Assembly: GCA_963734545.1 (NCBI GenBank)
Contig: CAVTHO010000008.1
Span: forward strand, 512,001-576,000
DNA from: an uncultured Spirochaetota bacterium
GTDB lineage: Bacteria > Spirochaetota > Spirochaetia > SZUA-6 > Fen-1364
DNA: 64,000 nt
Direction: 5' to 3'
Shown in pieces: positions 42,427-53,312 of the stretch (position 1 is its first letter; each line of letters opens with the position of its first letter). A model generated the notes under the pieces. The model saw nothing but the letters and a program-made list of their open reading frames with translations, did no database searches and was not told where the DNA came from. The translations under genes and the position numbers were made by a program.

Positions 42427-42777
42427 CTACTTCTTGCCCTTCAGGAAAGTGAACACAAACCCGAGAACGGCGATTCCGATGTTGATGATGTTCGGGAGCG
42501 CGCCATTGTTGAGCGCAACCCCGGCGATGTTCTGCACGCCGGCCGCGCCGAGTATTCCCACCAGGCCGTTGAGGCCGGCGATGATCGGCACGCCCACCTT
42601 CTGCGCACTTTCCGGGGCGCCGAACCCGAGAGCGCCCATCGCGGCCCCTGACACGAGGTTGAAGATATTGCCCGGGGTTCCGGTGCCGACAGCCGAGGAC
42701 ACGCCGCCGGACGCGGTGCCGAGAAGACCGAGGACGCCCTGCGCGGCGCCGAGGAGTCCAGTCAAGGTCTTGTTCAT
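42427..42777 (-). CDS. Small Gly-rich 4-TM membrane protein (DUF4383-like)
   Basis: AAGGAG RBS, four Gly/Leu-rich helices with internal two-fold similarity. Confidence 0.7.
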   Translation of the reverse strand: MNKTLTGLLGAAQGVLGLLGTASGGVSSAVGTGTPGNIFNLVSGAAMGALGFGAPESAQKVGVPIIAGLNGLVGILGAAGVQNIAGVALNNGALPNIINIGIAVLGFVFTFLKGKK

Positions 42778-42830
42778 GCTCTGTTTCTCCTTCTCCGTTT
42801 TATCTTTGGCCCAAGCCCTTCCTGCAACAA

Positions 42831-42859
42831 GGCCGCTGCCGGGAACCCCGGCAGCGGCC
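42831..42859 (-). terminator. Strong hairpin, possible terminator or stabiliser
   Basis: GGCCGCTGCCGGG-AAC-CCCGGCAGCGGCC, a 13-bp perfect stem just after the DUF4332 stop. Confidence 0.6.
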
Positions 42860-42866
42860 CGCGTGA

Positions 42867-43283
42867 TCAGTACGTAATGGCCGGCTTCAGCTTCTTCGCC
42901 TCGGCGATCCAGGTCTGCGCCCGCTTCAGCCCGGGCACCGCGCGGACCAGTCTCCGGCCGCCTGCCTCATTGGCCTTCTTCAAGCTGGCCACCAGGTTCG
43001 CCGCATTGCGTGTCCGCAGCTCCTTCACCGTATCAACGCCCGCTTTTTCCAGCAGCTCCGAGTACTGCGTGCCGATTCCGTTGATGCGGAAAAGGTCTGC
43101 CAGGTTGACCCACTTGAGGATGAGGGACTCGCTGACGCCCGTGCGTTCCGCCAGCTCCTTCCGTCCCTTGGGGGTTCCGCCCTTCTGCAGCAGGCCCCGC
43201 GTGGTCTTGATTTTTGCCACATCCATTTTCCGGCTGTAGGCAGGACCGATTCCTTCGAGGTCGATCAATCTGTAACTTGGCAT
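42867..43283 (-). CDS. DUF4332 helix-hairpin-helix protein
   Basis: IDLEGIGP, WVNLADLFRINGIG.QYSELLEKAGVDTVKEL. Confidence 0.9.
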   Translation of the reverse strand: MPSYRLIDLEGIGPAYSRKMDVAKIKTTRGLLQKGGTPKGRKELAERTGVSESLILKWVNLADLFRINGIGTQYSELLEKAGVDTVKELRTRNAANLVASLKKANEAGGRRLVRAVPGLKRAQTWIAEAKKLKPAITY

Positions 43284-43430
43284 GCATGCACCTCCCTATC
43301 GTGAATTCGTTCATGATACGCCCGGACAGAAGGAAACGCAAGAATTATGTTTTCGGGTTGCCAGAATGGGCAATCGCTTCTATAGTAAGTCGATGGTCCA
43401 GGAGCGCGCTTCCTGGAGAGGAGAGGTCAC

Positions 43431-44999
<1,569 letters not shown>

Positions 45000-45031
45000 G
45001 CGCGGTCGCGCGGGGCGCGCATCGCGCCCGG

Positions 45032-46081
45032 TCAGGCGGGTATCGATCCACGGCGCTCCGCCTGCCCCGACCATTCGGCTGACCACGCATCGAGGACATG
45101 CTCGGCGTCCTCGTGAGTGCGCGTCCGCATGATCGCATCCACGAGCTTGCCCGCGCCTTCGAACGCCCGCACGTAGGTCTTCACGAATTTCTTGAGCACA
45201 TCGAAGCTCTTCGACGTTCCCCACGTCTCGCGATGCAGGGCGAGATGGCGGCGAAAATGGGCGATCTTCTCCGTCCTGTCCAGCCGGGAAAATTCGATCG
45301 ATGAATCGGCACCGGCCAGGGCGCTGCGAATGGCCCGGAAGAGAAAAAGGTTCTCGAAAATACCCCTGCCGATCATCACGCCATCCGCGCCGGTTTCCCG
45401 CACCCGGCGCAGAAAAGCCGCGGGTGTCCTGACGTCACCGTTGCCGATGATGCGCGTCGGCAGCCCCGCCTGGTCGCGCAGGCGCACCGCGAGCGCCACC
45501 GTGCTCCAGTCCGCCTCTCCCTCGGACTGCTGGGCCACCGTCCTCCCGTGCACGGTCAGAGCGCTGATCCCCTGCGCGAGCAGGAAGCCCAGCCACTCCT
45601 CCGCCCTGGACCGCACGACGCCGATCCGCGTCTTGACGCTCACCGGCAGATCCCCGGCGCCCTCCCTGGCCGCGGCGATCAGCTCCCCGGCAAGCGAAGG
45701 ATTGTTGATGAGAGCGCCGCAGGCGCCCCTGCTGGTGATCTTCTTCACAGGACAGCCCATGTTGATGTCCAGGCCGTCGAAGCCCATTCCCCGGACTTCC
45801 GCGGCAACACGTCGGTAACGGTCCGGTACATTGCCCCAGATCTGCGCAACGATCGGCCGCTCATCCGCCTCGAATCTCAAGCGGTTGATCACCCGCGGCC
45901 GTCCCTCGGTGCACAGCCCATCCGTGCTCGTGAACTCGGTGACGACCACATCCGGTGACCCTGCCTCGCGCACGATCCGCCTGAATACCGTGTCCGTCAC
46001 GTCCTCCATGGGAGCCAGAACCGAGAACGGCCGGGGCAGAGAGCTCCACAGGTTCCTGGGCCTGGCGGGTGCGTTGTCCAT
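45032..46081 (-). CDS. dus: tRNA-dihydrouridine synthase
   Basis: LAPMEDVTD, DINMGCP, SVKTRIG, TVHGRT, GNGDV, MIGRG. Confidence 0.93.
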   Translation of the reverse strand: MDNAPARPRNLWSSLPRPFSVLAPMEDVTDTVFRRIVREAGSPDVVVTEFTSTDGLCTEGRPRVINRLRFEADERPIVAQIWGNVPDRYRRVAAEVRGMGFDGLDINMGCPVKKITSRGACGALINNPSLAGELIAAAREGAGDLPVSVKTRIGVVRSRAEEWLGFLLAQGISALTVHGRTVAQQSEGEADWSTVALAVRLRDQAGLPTRIIGNGDVRTPAAFLRRVRETGADGVMIGRGIFENLFLFRAIRSALAGADSSIEFSRLDRTEKIAHFRRHLALHRETWGTSKSFDVLKKFVKTYVRAFEGAGKLVDAIMRTRTHEDAEHVLDAWSAEWSGQAERRGSIPA

Positions 46082-46172
46082 GGCAGTGAGAATATACCGA
46101 TCCGTTTCGTGAATGGAAAACCAGGTACTTCCGCCGAGGGTCCGGGCCGCTCGTGCCGCCGGGCGCTTTCCC

Positions 46173-48914
46173 TCAGAGCTTCAGCTTCAGGGTCAGCACC
46201 TCGAAAGGGCGCACCGAGAAGGACACGCTCAGCGAGTCCCTGGAGCGTGCCGCGGGAAGGTCCTGCTGCTCATCCTCCAGCAGGGAGCAGCGGACAACTC
46301 TGGGCGCGGCCGACCCGTCAGGAATCCGAAAGCGCAGCGTCCGGTTTCCGCCGCGGCCCGTCGGTTCCTGGAGCCTGAGAATGATGCCATCCCCTGCCTC
46401 GGAATGCTTGAGCGTCACTGTCTGCAGGCCCTTCGCCGGTGCGTCTAGGAGCCCGCGGGCCAGCAGCTCATTCTGGGGCATCGCGCCTCCTGTGGCGCCG
46501 GAAGTCCCCACCGGGAGACAGGCGGGGGGTTGGAGCGCCGCGGATGCGTGCTCCCATGAGCGCGTCCGGCGCCAGCCCCCTTCGTGCGGTATGAGCCGGT
46601 ACCGAAAGGTAAAGGCGCCGCCGATCCACTGCGGGAAATTGGTGCCCCACTGGGTATTGAAGAGATTGAAGTACAGCGTCGGTGCACCGGGAGCGGCGGA
46701 ACCGTCGAACCTCTCAACTGCCACGGACCCGATGGAAAAGAGCGGGCTGTCGTACGGAACCACCAGGAGGCCCGCGGCCCCGTCCCCGACATCGACCCAA
46801 CGGTCGCAGCAGTGCAGCAGACGGTTCGCATCTCGGGCGATGTCGGTGGCCGGATCCATGACGCTCCCGGTCCTGTTGATCGCATAGCGCGCCTTTTCCG
46901 CCTTCAACGGAAAGACGACGTGGCCCGATTCCAGGAGCGGGCATTCCTCCTTGCCCTCCAGCCGGATGTCCATGTCCACCCATGGGTGGTCATCGAACAG
47001 GGTGATCCTCTGCACGACGCTGGCCGCGTTGCCCAGATCGGTGATGCTCTCCTGGTCGTAACGCCACAGGAGGCGCAGGCGCGTCCAGCCTGTACCGCTC
47101 TCTGTTTCAACGCCTGCAAGCTCTCCGGAAAAAGTCCGATGCGCCCCATCGGGATATCCCGGCTTTCCAAAGTCATCCAGGTACCACGACGCGAGATCGT
47201 ACGCATAGCTCTTGAGATAGGCGACGATCTCCCTTCGTGAGAAGAGGTCGTAGCGGAAACCGCCGAAAGGGATGCCCTGCTTCGCATCGGCCCAGTTGCG
47301 GTCCGTGGCGCGGTCGATCAGCGCGGTCATCCCGGCCGAGGCGCTCACCTCCACGCGGAGCTTTCCATTGTCGAGCACCAGGCGCCTGCTCGTCCCGCGA
47401 CGGCGTCCGGCGCGCTCCAGGTGCGGTTCTTCCTCTTGCCCCGCTTCAACTCGCAGGATTGTCGCGGAGAGCGGAGGCAGGTCCGTCAGGGTCACCCAGG
47501 CGGCCCCGTCGAGTACCATCGTATGGAGTGTTGCCTCCCCCGGTTCCCGCACAACCTTGACTGGACGGTTGAACCTGCCCAGCCGCATGAGGCCGTTCCA
47601 TTGCCAGAGCTGGTGATTCACCGCCGCGAAACGCGCGGGAAGAGTTGTCGGCGCACCCGGCTCCGTGCCGGCCAGAATGGACTCGGCGCGGAGAAGGTGC
47701 TCCTCCGCTTCCTGCACGAACCGGGCCTTGTCGCTCCAGGAACGACGTATCCGGTCGTACTTTCCGGATGCAAGGACGTTTCGAAAGAGGGTCTTGTCAT
47801 AGACCCTGCCTCCGAACTCGTGCGGGTTGAGGGCGAGCTTCGTGTCCATGCCCCACGTATGCTCGCCGAACAGGAGGATGCGCTCATAGGCGCCCGAGAG
47901 GGCCGTGCGGAGATCCCCTGCCGGCGGCACCTTCTCCCGCCGGGCAAGGCCGATGATGGCGTCCGCGCTTTCCACGGAAACCAGCCTGGTGCGCATGCTG
48001 CGGAGCCGTGCAACCTCTGCCGGCATCGTCGCCACGCCGTGGATCCACGAATCAGCCAGGTCCTTGCGGACCACCGGGAGATCCGGCTGCAGCGCCGCGA
48101 GTGCCAGGGCGAAATCGTCGAGGCTCCCGACAGTGACCTCGGCACCGGGGTGTCGGTCCCGGGCCTCGGCGAGGACCTGCTCGACCGCGGCTGCACTCTG
48201 GGGTCCTGCGTTGTCCGAAGTGTGCTGCAGGGCGAGCCAGACCGGAAGCTTCCATCCAGGCGGCGGAAGGAGGCCCGTGCCGTACCCTCCCCGGGAATAC
48301 ATCGTGATGACGCGGGAGCCGTCAGGCCCCTCCCAGGTGAAGAGGTACGGCACGTCGGGGGGAGTCGAGCAGGGATTGCAGCCGAGATGGAGAAAGCGGA
48401 CACCGGCCGCGGCGAGCAGAGTCGGAAGGATCCAGGTATGGCCGGGCACGTCGGTCATCTTGGCGGCGACCGCGCGGCGGCCGAACCGTTCTCCCAGCGC
48501 GCGGCCCGTGTAGAGGCCGCGGATGAGGTCTTCCAGGCCGAAGAGCTCCGTGTGGGTGCTGAAGGGAAGCGCGTGCCATGCGATCCTCCCTTCCGCAACG
48601 AGCTTCTCCAACTCCTCGCCGAGCGGGCTTCCGTGCAGCCGCGCCAGGGAATCAGTCAGGGGCCAGGCGGGAAGGGTCCACGCGAAGCGGTGTCCGGGCG
48701 CTCCCCGGCTCTCTCGACAGGCGTCCATTGCGCGCGGGATCATGACCCGGGCATAGGAGTCCAGCACCTCCTCGACCAGACCGGTAAAGCCGACATCGAC
48801 GTGGGTCTTGAAAACGACGAAGATCTTCTGGAGCCCGCCGCCGCTCCTGGCGGCATTCGGGCGGCCGCTCGTGGCGGCATTCGGGCGGCCGCTCCTGGCG
48901 GCATTCTTGCTCAT
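46173..48914 (-). CDS. GH38-related glycoside hydrolase (DUF5054-like)
   Basis: KTHVDVGFT, WHALPF, MTDVPGHTW, FTWEGPDGS, SDNAGP, DSWIHG, EHTWG, FNTQWGTNFPQW; ATG overlaps the permease stop. Confidence 0.82.
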   Translation of the reverse strand: MSKNAARSGRPNAATSGRPNAARSGGGLQKIFVVFKTHVDVGFTGLVEEVLDSYARVMIPRAMDACRESRGAPGHRFAWTLPAWPLTDSLARLHGSPLGEELEKLVAEGRIAWHALPFSTHTELFGLEDLIRGLYTGRALGERFGRRAVAAKMTDVPGHTWILPTLLAAAGVRFLHLGCNPCSTPPDVPYLFTWEGPDGSRVITMYSRGGYGTGLLPPPGWKLPVWLALQHTSDNAGPQSAAAVEQVLAEARDRHPGAEVTVGSLDDFALALAALQPDLPVVRKDLADSWIHGVATMPAEVARLRSMRTRLVSVESADAIIGLARREKVPPAGDLRTALSGAYERILLFGEHTWGMDTKLALNPHEFGGRVYDKTLFRNVLASGKYDRIRRSWSDKARFVQEAEEHLLRAESILAGTEPGAPTTLPARFAAVNHQLWQWNGLMRLGRFNRPVKVVREPGEATLHTMVLDGAAWVTLTDLPPLSATILRVEAGQEEEPHLERAGRRRGTSRRLVLDNGKLRVEVSASAGMTALIDRATDRNWADAKQGIPFGGFRYDLFSRREIVAYLKSYAYDLASWYLDDFGKPGYPDGAHRTFSGELAGVETESGTGWTRLRLLWRYDQESITDLGNAASVVQRITLFDDHPWVDMDIRLEGKEECPLLESGHVVFPLKAEKARYAINRTGSVMDPATDIARDANRLLHCCDRWVDVGDGAAGLLVVPYDSPLFSIGSVAVERFDGSAAPGAPTLYFNLFNTQWGTNFPQWIGGAFTFRYRLIPHEGGWRRTRSWEHASAALQPPACLPVGTSGATGGAMPQNELLARGLLDAPAKGLQTVTLKHSEAGDGIILRLQEPTGRGGNRTLRFRIPDGSAAPRVVRCSLLEDEQQDLPAARSRDSLSVSFSVRPFEVLTLKLKL
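48841..48908. repeat. Family-B 24-bp tandem repeat, about 2.8 copies, at the hydrolase 5' end
   Basis: CCGCTCSTGGCGGCATTCGGGCGG x2 plus a partial copy, read as (NAARSGRP)n. Confidence 0.93.
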
Positions 48915-49765
48915 CCCTTCACGGCCCCGGCCGTGAGCCCCTGCACGAAGTATCTCTGCAGGATGAAAAAGACCAGGAGCGGAATCGACATGGAGATGAA
49001 GGCGCCGGACGCCAGGAGATTCCACTCGGAGCCGTATTGCCCGAGAAGGCTCTGGATGGCGACCGTCAGGGGGAACTTCTTCAGATCCTGGAGCAGAACC
49101 AGGGCGTTCATCAGGTCGTTCCAGACCCACACGAACTGGAAGATCCCCAGCGAGGCGAGCGCGGGAACCGAGAGCGGCAGGACGATGGAGCGGAAAATCC
49201 CGTACTCGGTCTGCCCGTCGATCTTCGCCGCCTCGAAGAGCTCGCGCGGGATCTCCGAGAAGAAGTTGCGCAGGAGCAGGATCGCAAAGGGCAGGCCGTA
49301 GGCGGTGTGCGCAAGCCAGATGGCCGGGAAATGGCCCGTCAGGCCGAGCTTGCTGTGCATGCGAAGCACCGGCACCCAGGTCGCCTGGAGAGGCAGCACG
49401 AGGAGGGCCACAATTGCCAGATAGACTGCGTTTCTCCCTCGAAAGCGCAGCCATGAGAACGAATAGGCGGCGAGCGCGCCGATCAGGATCGGCAGCACCG
49501 TCGATGGCACCGTGATGATGAAGCTGTTGACGAAGTTCATGAAGAAGTGCCGGGCCGTGAGAACGTTGAGGTAGTTGTCGAGGGTGAACCTCGGCTCGGA
49601 CAGGATCCTCCACCACCCGCTCGTCGCGATGTCGGCCTGGGGACGGAGCGAGGTGACTGCCAGGCCCAATGTCGGCACCAGCCACGCAAGGGCGATCAGG
49701 ATTGCGAGAACGGTCCGTATGATGTTCCCGGACGGCCCGGATGCCGCGGTCTCCAGTCTCTTCAT
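48911..49765 (-). CDS. Carbohydrate ABC permease (MalG/AglG type)
   Basis: FTLDNY, LRNFFSEIPRELFEAAKIDG, FVWVWND, QRYFVQGLTAGAVKG. Confidence 0.93.
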   Translation of the reverse strand: MKRLETAASGPSGNIIRTVLAILIALAWLVPTLGLAVTSLRPQADIATSGWWRILSEPRFTLDNYLNVLTARHFFMNFVNSFIITVPSTVLPILIGALAAYSFSWLRFRGRNAVYLAIVALLVLPLQATWVPVLRMHSKLGLTGHFPAIWLAHTAYGLPFAILLLRNFFSEIPRELFEAAKIDGQTEYGIFRSIVLPLSVPALASLGIFQFVWVWNDLMNALVLLQDLKKFPLTVAIQSLLGQYGSEWNLLASGAFISMSIPLLVFFILQRYFVQGLTAGAVKG

Positions 49766-50670
49766 TTTCCACTCTCCTGGCGGCGGTTGCGCCTGACCTG
49801 GATCACCATGAGCGGCGCGAGCAGGACGAGCATGAGAATCGCCACGGCGCTCCCGTATCCGACCAGGTTGTTGTTGAAGACTTCCCAGTAGTACGTGAAG
49901 CCGATCACCCGGCTTGTTCCGGCGGGCCCTCCCGCGGTCATCACGAGCACGAGGTCGACCATCTTGAGGCCGTTGATGACCATCGTAATGGAAACGAAGC
50001 TGATCGGCTGCGCGAGCATCGGCAGGCTGATGCGCCAGAAGGTCTTCCACGGGCTCGCTCCATCCACCCGCGCTGCCTCGAGTATCTGCGTGTCGATGGA
50101 CTTGTAGGCCGCGGAGAGGACGGTCATCGACAACCCCGTCCAGATCCACACGCCGGTGGCGATGAGCGCGTAGTTCACCACCTCGCTCGTGCCCAGCCAC
50201 GCCACGGGAGTGAATCCGCGAATCAGCGTCTTCAGGATGGCGTTGAAGAGACCAATTGAAGCATCGGGGCTGAACAGGAACCGGGCGATGACCGCCGCCG
50301 CGGTTGCCGAGATCACCATGGGGAGGAACACGGCGGACTTGACGATCCTCTCGATCCGTATGCCGTTGGCAAGCACCGCGATGAGGAGCCCGAAAACGAG
50401 CGTTCCTCCCGAGAAGAGGATCAGCCACAGGACATTGTTGACGAGCGCTCCCGACGGCGGCCAGCGCGTCAGCTTCAGGAACAGGGAGTCATGCGTGAGG
50501 AGCTGGACGTAGTTGCGAAGCCCGACGAGGCGCGTCGGGTTGAACCCCGCCCCGCCGAAGAAGCTGAGGCGGAAAGTCTGGATGGTCGGGTACACGAGAT
50601 AGGCGGCAATGAGAATCAATGCGGGCAGGACGAACAGCCACGCCCGCAGCTGCGCTCCACGTTCTTTCAT
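49762..50670 (-). CDS. Carbohydrate ABC permease (MalF/AglF type)
   Basis: FVLPAL, VGLRNY, FLPMVIS, ILEAARVDGA. Confidence 0.93.
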   Translation of the reverse strand: MKERGAQLRAWLFVLPALILIAAYLVYPTIQTFRLSFFGGAGFNPTRLVGLRNYVQLLTHDSLFLKLTRWPPSGALVNNVLWLILFSGGTLVFGLLIAVLANGIRIERIVKSAVFLPMVISATAAAVIARFLFSPDASIGLFNAILKTLIRGFTPVAWLGTSEVVNYALIATGVWIWTGLSMTVLSAAYKSIDTQILEAARVDGASPWKTFWRISLPMLAQPISFVSITMVINGLKMVDLVLVMTAGGPAGTSRVIGFTYYWEVFNNNLVGYGSAVAILMLVLLAPLMVIQVRRNRRQESGK

Positions 50671-50694
50671 GGTCCCTCCGGCGCATCAAGAAAA

Positions 50695-50721
50695 CGGGCA
50701 GCCGTATTCCACGGCTGCCCG
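50695..50721 (-). other. Intercistronic stem-loop after the binding-protein gene
   Basis: CGGGCAGCCGT-ATTCC-ACGGCTGCCCG, an 11-bp perfect stem. Confidence 0.65.
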
Positions 50722-50741
50722 CAAACTCGAGCACAAACTGA

Positions 50742-52037
50742 TCAATACGAGCGCGCCGCAACTTCCTCCAGGGAATTGAGCGCATCCATGTAATTCTCGG
50801 GATCCTTGATGATGTTCTGCAGCGCGGTGAACTCCGCGTCGCCTCCCACCGCAGCGGGCGCGAGGTCCGAGCCGTCGAAGACGAAGATCGCGGCCTGCGT
50901 GAGCTGCTTCGCCTCCTTTGCCGTGAGAACGGGATACACGGAGAGGCTGACCTGCTTGTTCGGGGAAACGACCGCACCTTTCTTGGCCGAAGCCCAGATG
51001 GTGTTCCCCTGCTTGCCGGCGAGCCAGCGCATCAGCTTGGTGACCTCGGGGCTGCTCGTGAACACCACCGCGAGGTCCCCGCCGCCGACAACAGGCTTGC
51101 CGTACTGCGGATCGATTGACGGGAACTCGAAGAAGTCATAGTCCTTGCCCGGCACGAGCTTGGGGAAGTTCTGCTTGGCGAAGGAGCTCATGAACCCGCC
51201 TTCGTAATACAGCTCGGCGGCCGGGTTCGGCCGGAGGACCAGGTTGAAGCCGTCGATGAACCCGGTGGAGAGGGTGCCCGAGACTCCGCCTGCGAGCTTC
51301 TGGTCCTGCGGCGTGAAGACCTGGATGAACTTCTGGATTGCCTCCACGACGGACGGGTCCGTCCACGGTACCTCGTGGGTCACATGGAGCTTCATGTACA
51401 TGTCGGGACCGGCCATGCGGACATAGATGTTTTCAAACCAGTCCGTAAGCGTCCAGCCGTCCTGCGCCCCGATCGACAGCGGTGTTTTTCCCGCCGCGAT
51501 GTACTTGTCCTCCAGCGCAAGGAGATCGTCCCAGGTATTCGGAACCTTGGCGCCTATTGCCCGCAGCGATGCCGGCTTGTACCAGAACGTGCTCTTGGAA
51601 TTGGCCTTTGCCGTCAGGCCGAAGAACTTGCCGTCCACCGTGCCCAGGTCGATCCACGCCTTGCTGTAGTTGGCGTTCAGCAGGCTGGTGGGAATGATGT
51701 CGTTCGCCATTCCCTGGCTTAAGGGGAGAATCGAGCCCCCGCGGGCATACGCGGCAACCTCGCCCGGCCTCGGAACGAACGCGACGTCAGGCGCGTTGTT
51801 GGCGGCCACGCGCGTCTTCAGGACCACCGTGGATTCGCGGTTGCCTTCGTAGCTGTACTTTACTCCCGACTGCTTGGTGAAGGCGTCCAGGACTGCCCGG
51901 AAACCCGCCTCCTCGTCCCCGCCCCAGTTGGCGAGGATCGTCACTGTTTTTGACTGGGCCGCCGCCTGCTGGGTTCCCGTCGCGAACAGGAAGCCGAAGA
52001 CCAGGAGCGGCATCAGAACAATCACCATCCGTCTCAT
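50742..52037 (-). CDS. Carbohydrate ABC substrate-binding protein (AglE-like)
   Basis: Signal peptide, WGGDE, KSTFWY, GWTLTDWFE, FDGSDLAP. Confidence 0.9.
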   Translation of the reverse strand: MRRMVIVLMPLLVFGFLFATGTQQAAAQSKTVTILANWGGDEEAGFRAVLDAFTKQSGVKYSYEGNRESTVVLKTRVAANNAPDVAFVPRPGEVAAYARGGSILPLSQGMANDIIPTSLLNANYSKAWIDLGTVDGKFFGLTAKANSKSTFWYKPASLRAIGAKVPNTWDDLLALEDKYIAAGKTPLSIGAQDGWTLTDWFENIYVRMAGPDMYMKLHVTHEVPWTDPSVVEAIQKFIQVFTPQDQKLAGGVSGTLSTGFIDGFNLVLRPNPAAELYYEGGFMSSFAKQNFPKLVPGKDYDFFEFPSIDPQYGKPVVGGGDLAVVFTSSPEVTKLMRWLAGKQGNTIWASAKKGAVVSPNKQVSLSVYPVLTAKEAKQLTQAAIFVFDGSDLAPAAVGGDAEFTALQNIIKDPENYMDALNSLEEVAARSY

Positions 52038-52444
52038 GAGTACACCTCCTCGGACTGTCTCTTTTTCCAGTTCGACGAACTGGCGTGTGGCCTGTGAGTG
52101 TGCGGAACGCGCCGCCTCGTGAATGACGAGGCGCGCAGGACGAGCTGCAACGCGCGGAGATTGCGGAGAAGGATGGAGTTGCAGGCGATGTGGTGATAGG
52201 ACCGGGTGTAGACGAGTGCGATGTTCTCGGTCTTGCGCTGGGCGAGCGCCTTCCCCGAGGCGTTGGGGAAGTAGCCGAGCGCGCGCGCCGCCTTGAGCAC
52301 CCGGGCCCGGGTCACCGCGCTGATCTTTGCATCGACGACGTCATTCATCACGAACGAGACAGTCGTGCGCGACACGCGGGCCCTGCGCGCCACGTCGAAG
52401 CTCGTGATGGTCTTCTTGCCCCTGAGCAGCTTCGTCTGTCTCAA
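52034..52444 (-). pseudogene. LacI-family regulator with internal deletion of the effector-binding domain
   Basis: Intact HTH/hinge (DVARRARVSRTTVSFVMN...LGYFPN) joined directly to a LacI C-terminal-like LVLRAS; 136 aa. Confidence 0.7.
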
Positions 52445-52469
52445 CTGCGCCTTCGTCGCTTTCCCTCTT

Positions 52470-52489
52470 TTACTAACACGTGTCAGTAA
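52470..52489. promoter_or_regulatory. LacI-type operator
   Basis: TTACTAACAC|GTGTCAGTAA, a 20-bp palindrome with one mismatch and central CG, just downstream of the -10 box. Confidence 0.8.
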
Positions 52490-52498
52490 CGTAAAAAC

Positions 52499-52527
52499 AG
52501 GCTATCGCGTTCTCATGCAGCTGTCAA
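52499..52527 (-). promoter_or_regulatory. Sigma-70 promoter of the LacI/ABC/GH38 operon
   Basis: Minus strand TTGACA-N17-TAGCCT. Confidence 0.7.
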
Positions 52528-52608
52528 GTCCCTTGCGCGACGGAGAAGAGGGAAAAGGCTCACACCCTTTGAAGCAAAGCAGTCTGCGGGAGTGATGGAG
52601 GGGGAGTG

Positions 52609-52637
52609 TTGACAGTCGGCATTGCCAATGTTATGTT
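52609..52637 (+). promoter_or_regulatory. Sigma-70 promoter of the TetR efflux operon
   Basis: TTGACA-N17-TATGTT. Confidence 0.75.
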
Positions 52638-52645
52638 ATGAATGG

Positions 52646-52669
52646 AAACGAAAAATACAAATATCGTTT
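52646..52669. promoter_or_regulatory. Putative TetR operator
   Basis: AAACGA-N12-TCGTTT inverted repeat between the -10 box and the ATG. Confidence 0.5.
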
Positions 52670-52682
52670 TCTTAGGGACATA

Positions 52683-53312
52683 ATGAAAACAAAGATACCG
52701 GATAACGAAAAAAGGCGGAAGATTCTCGACCGTTCCCGATCGCTGTTCCTCAAGCGGGGGGTGAGCTCCCTCACCATGGAAGAGATCGCGTCGCTTCAGG
52801 GGATCAGCAAGAAGACGCTCTACAGGTACTTCCCCAACAAGAATGCCCTCGTCGCCGAGGCCATCGAAGAGAAGATCGCGGAAGTCGCGAACGGGATCGC
52901 CGGCATCGTGCGGATAGAGGATCTCTCCTTCCTGGAAAAGATCCGGGAGATCCTGCGCACCGTCTCCCGGCAGATGGCGGAGCTCGGGGAAGGCCTCGTG
53001 CGGGATCTCTACTACAACCAGCCGGAGCTCTGGGCAAAGATCGACCGCTACCGGCGGGAGCACGTATTCGTGATCATCGAAAGACTGCTCCGCGAAGGGG
53101 CAGAATCCGGGCTCATACGGCCCGACATCGATGGACGCCTGATCCCCGCGCTGTTTGTCACCACCATCAGCTCGGTCATGAGCCCGGAACAGTTCGTCAA
53201 AATGACCGTCTCTCCGGTCGAGTTCTTCGAAGCGGTCGTCAAAATCCTGTTTGGCGGGATACTGACGGACAAGGCGCGCCGGGAGTTCTTCCGGCAGGAG
53301 GATGCATCATGA
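52683..53312 (+). CDS. TetR/AcrR-family regulator
   Basis: LTMEEIA..GISKKTLYRYFPNK. Confidence 0.93.
   Translation: MKTKIPDNEKRRKILDRSRSLFLKRGVSSLTMEEIASLQGISKKTLYRYFPNKNALVAEAIEEKIAEVANGIAGIVRIEDLSFLEKIREILRTVSRQMAELGEGLVRDLYYNQPELWAKIDRYRREHVFVIIERLLREGAESGLIRPDIDGRLIPALFVTTISSVMSPEQFVKMTVSPVEFFEAVVKILFGGILTDKARREFFRQEDAS

Noticed and set aside
46173-49772. 1199-aa giant protein
   Set aside because: The first approximately 285 aa are an off-frame reading of the permease; the hydrolase starts at 48914 with an ATGA overlap.
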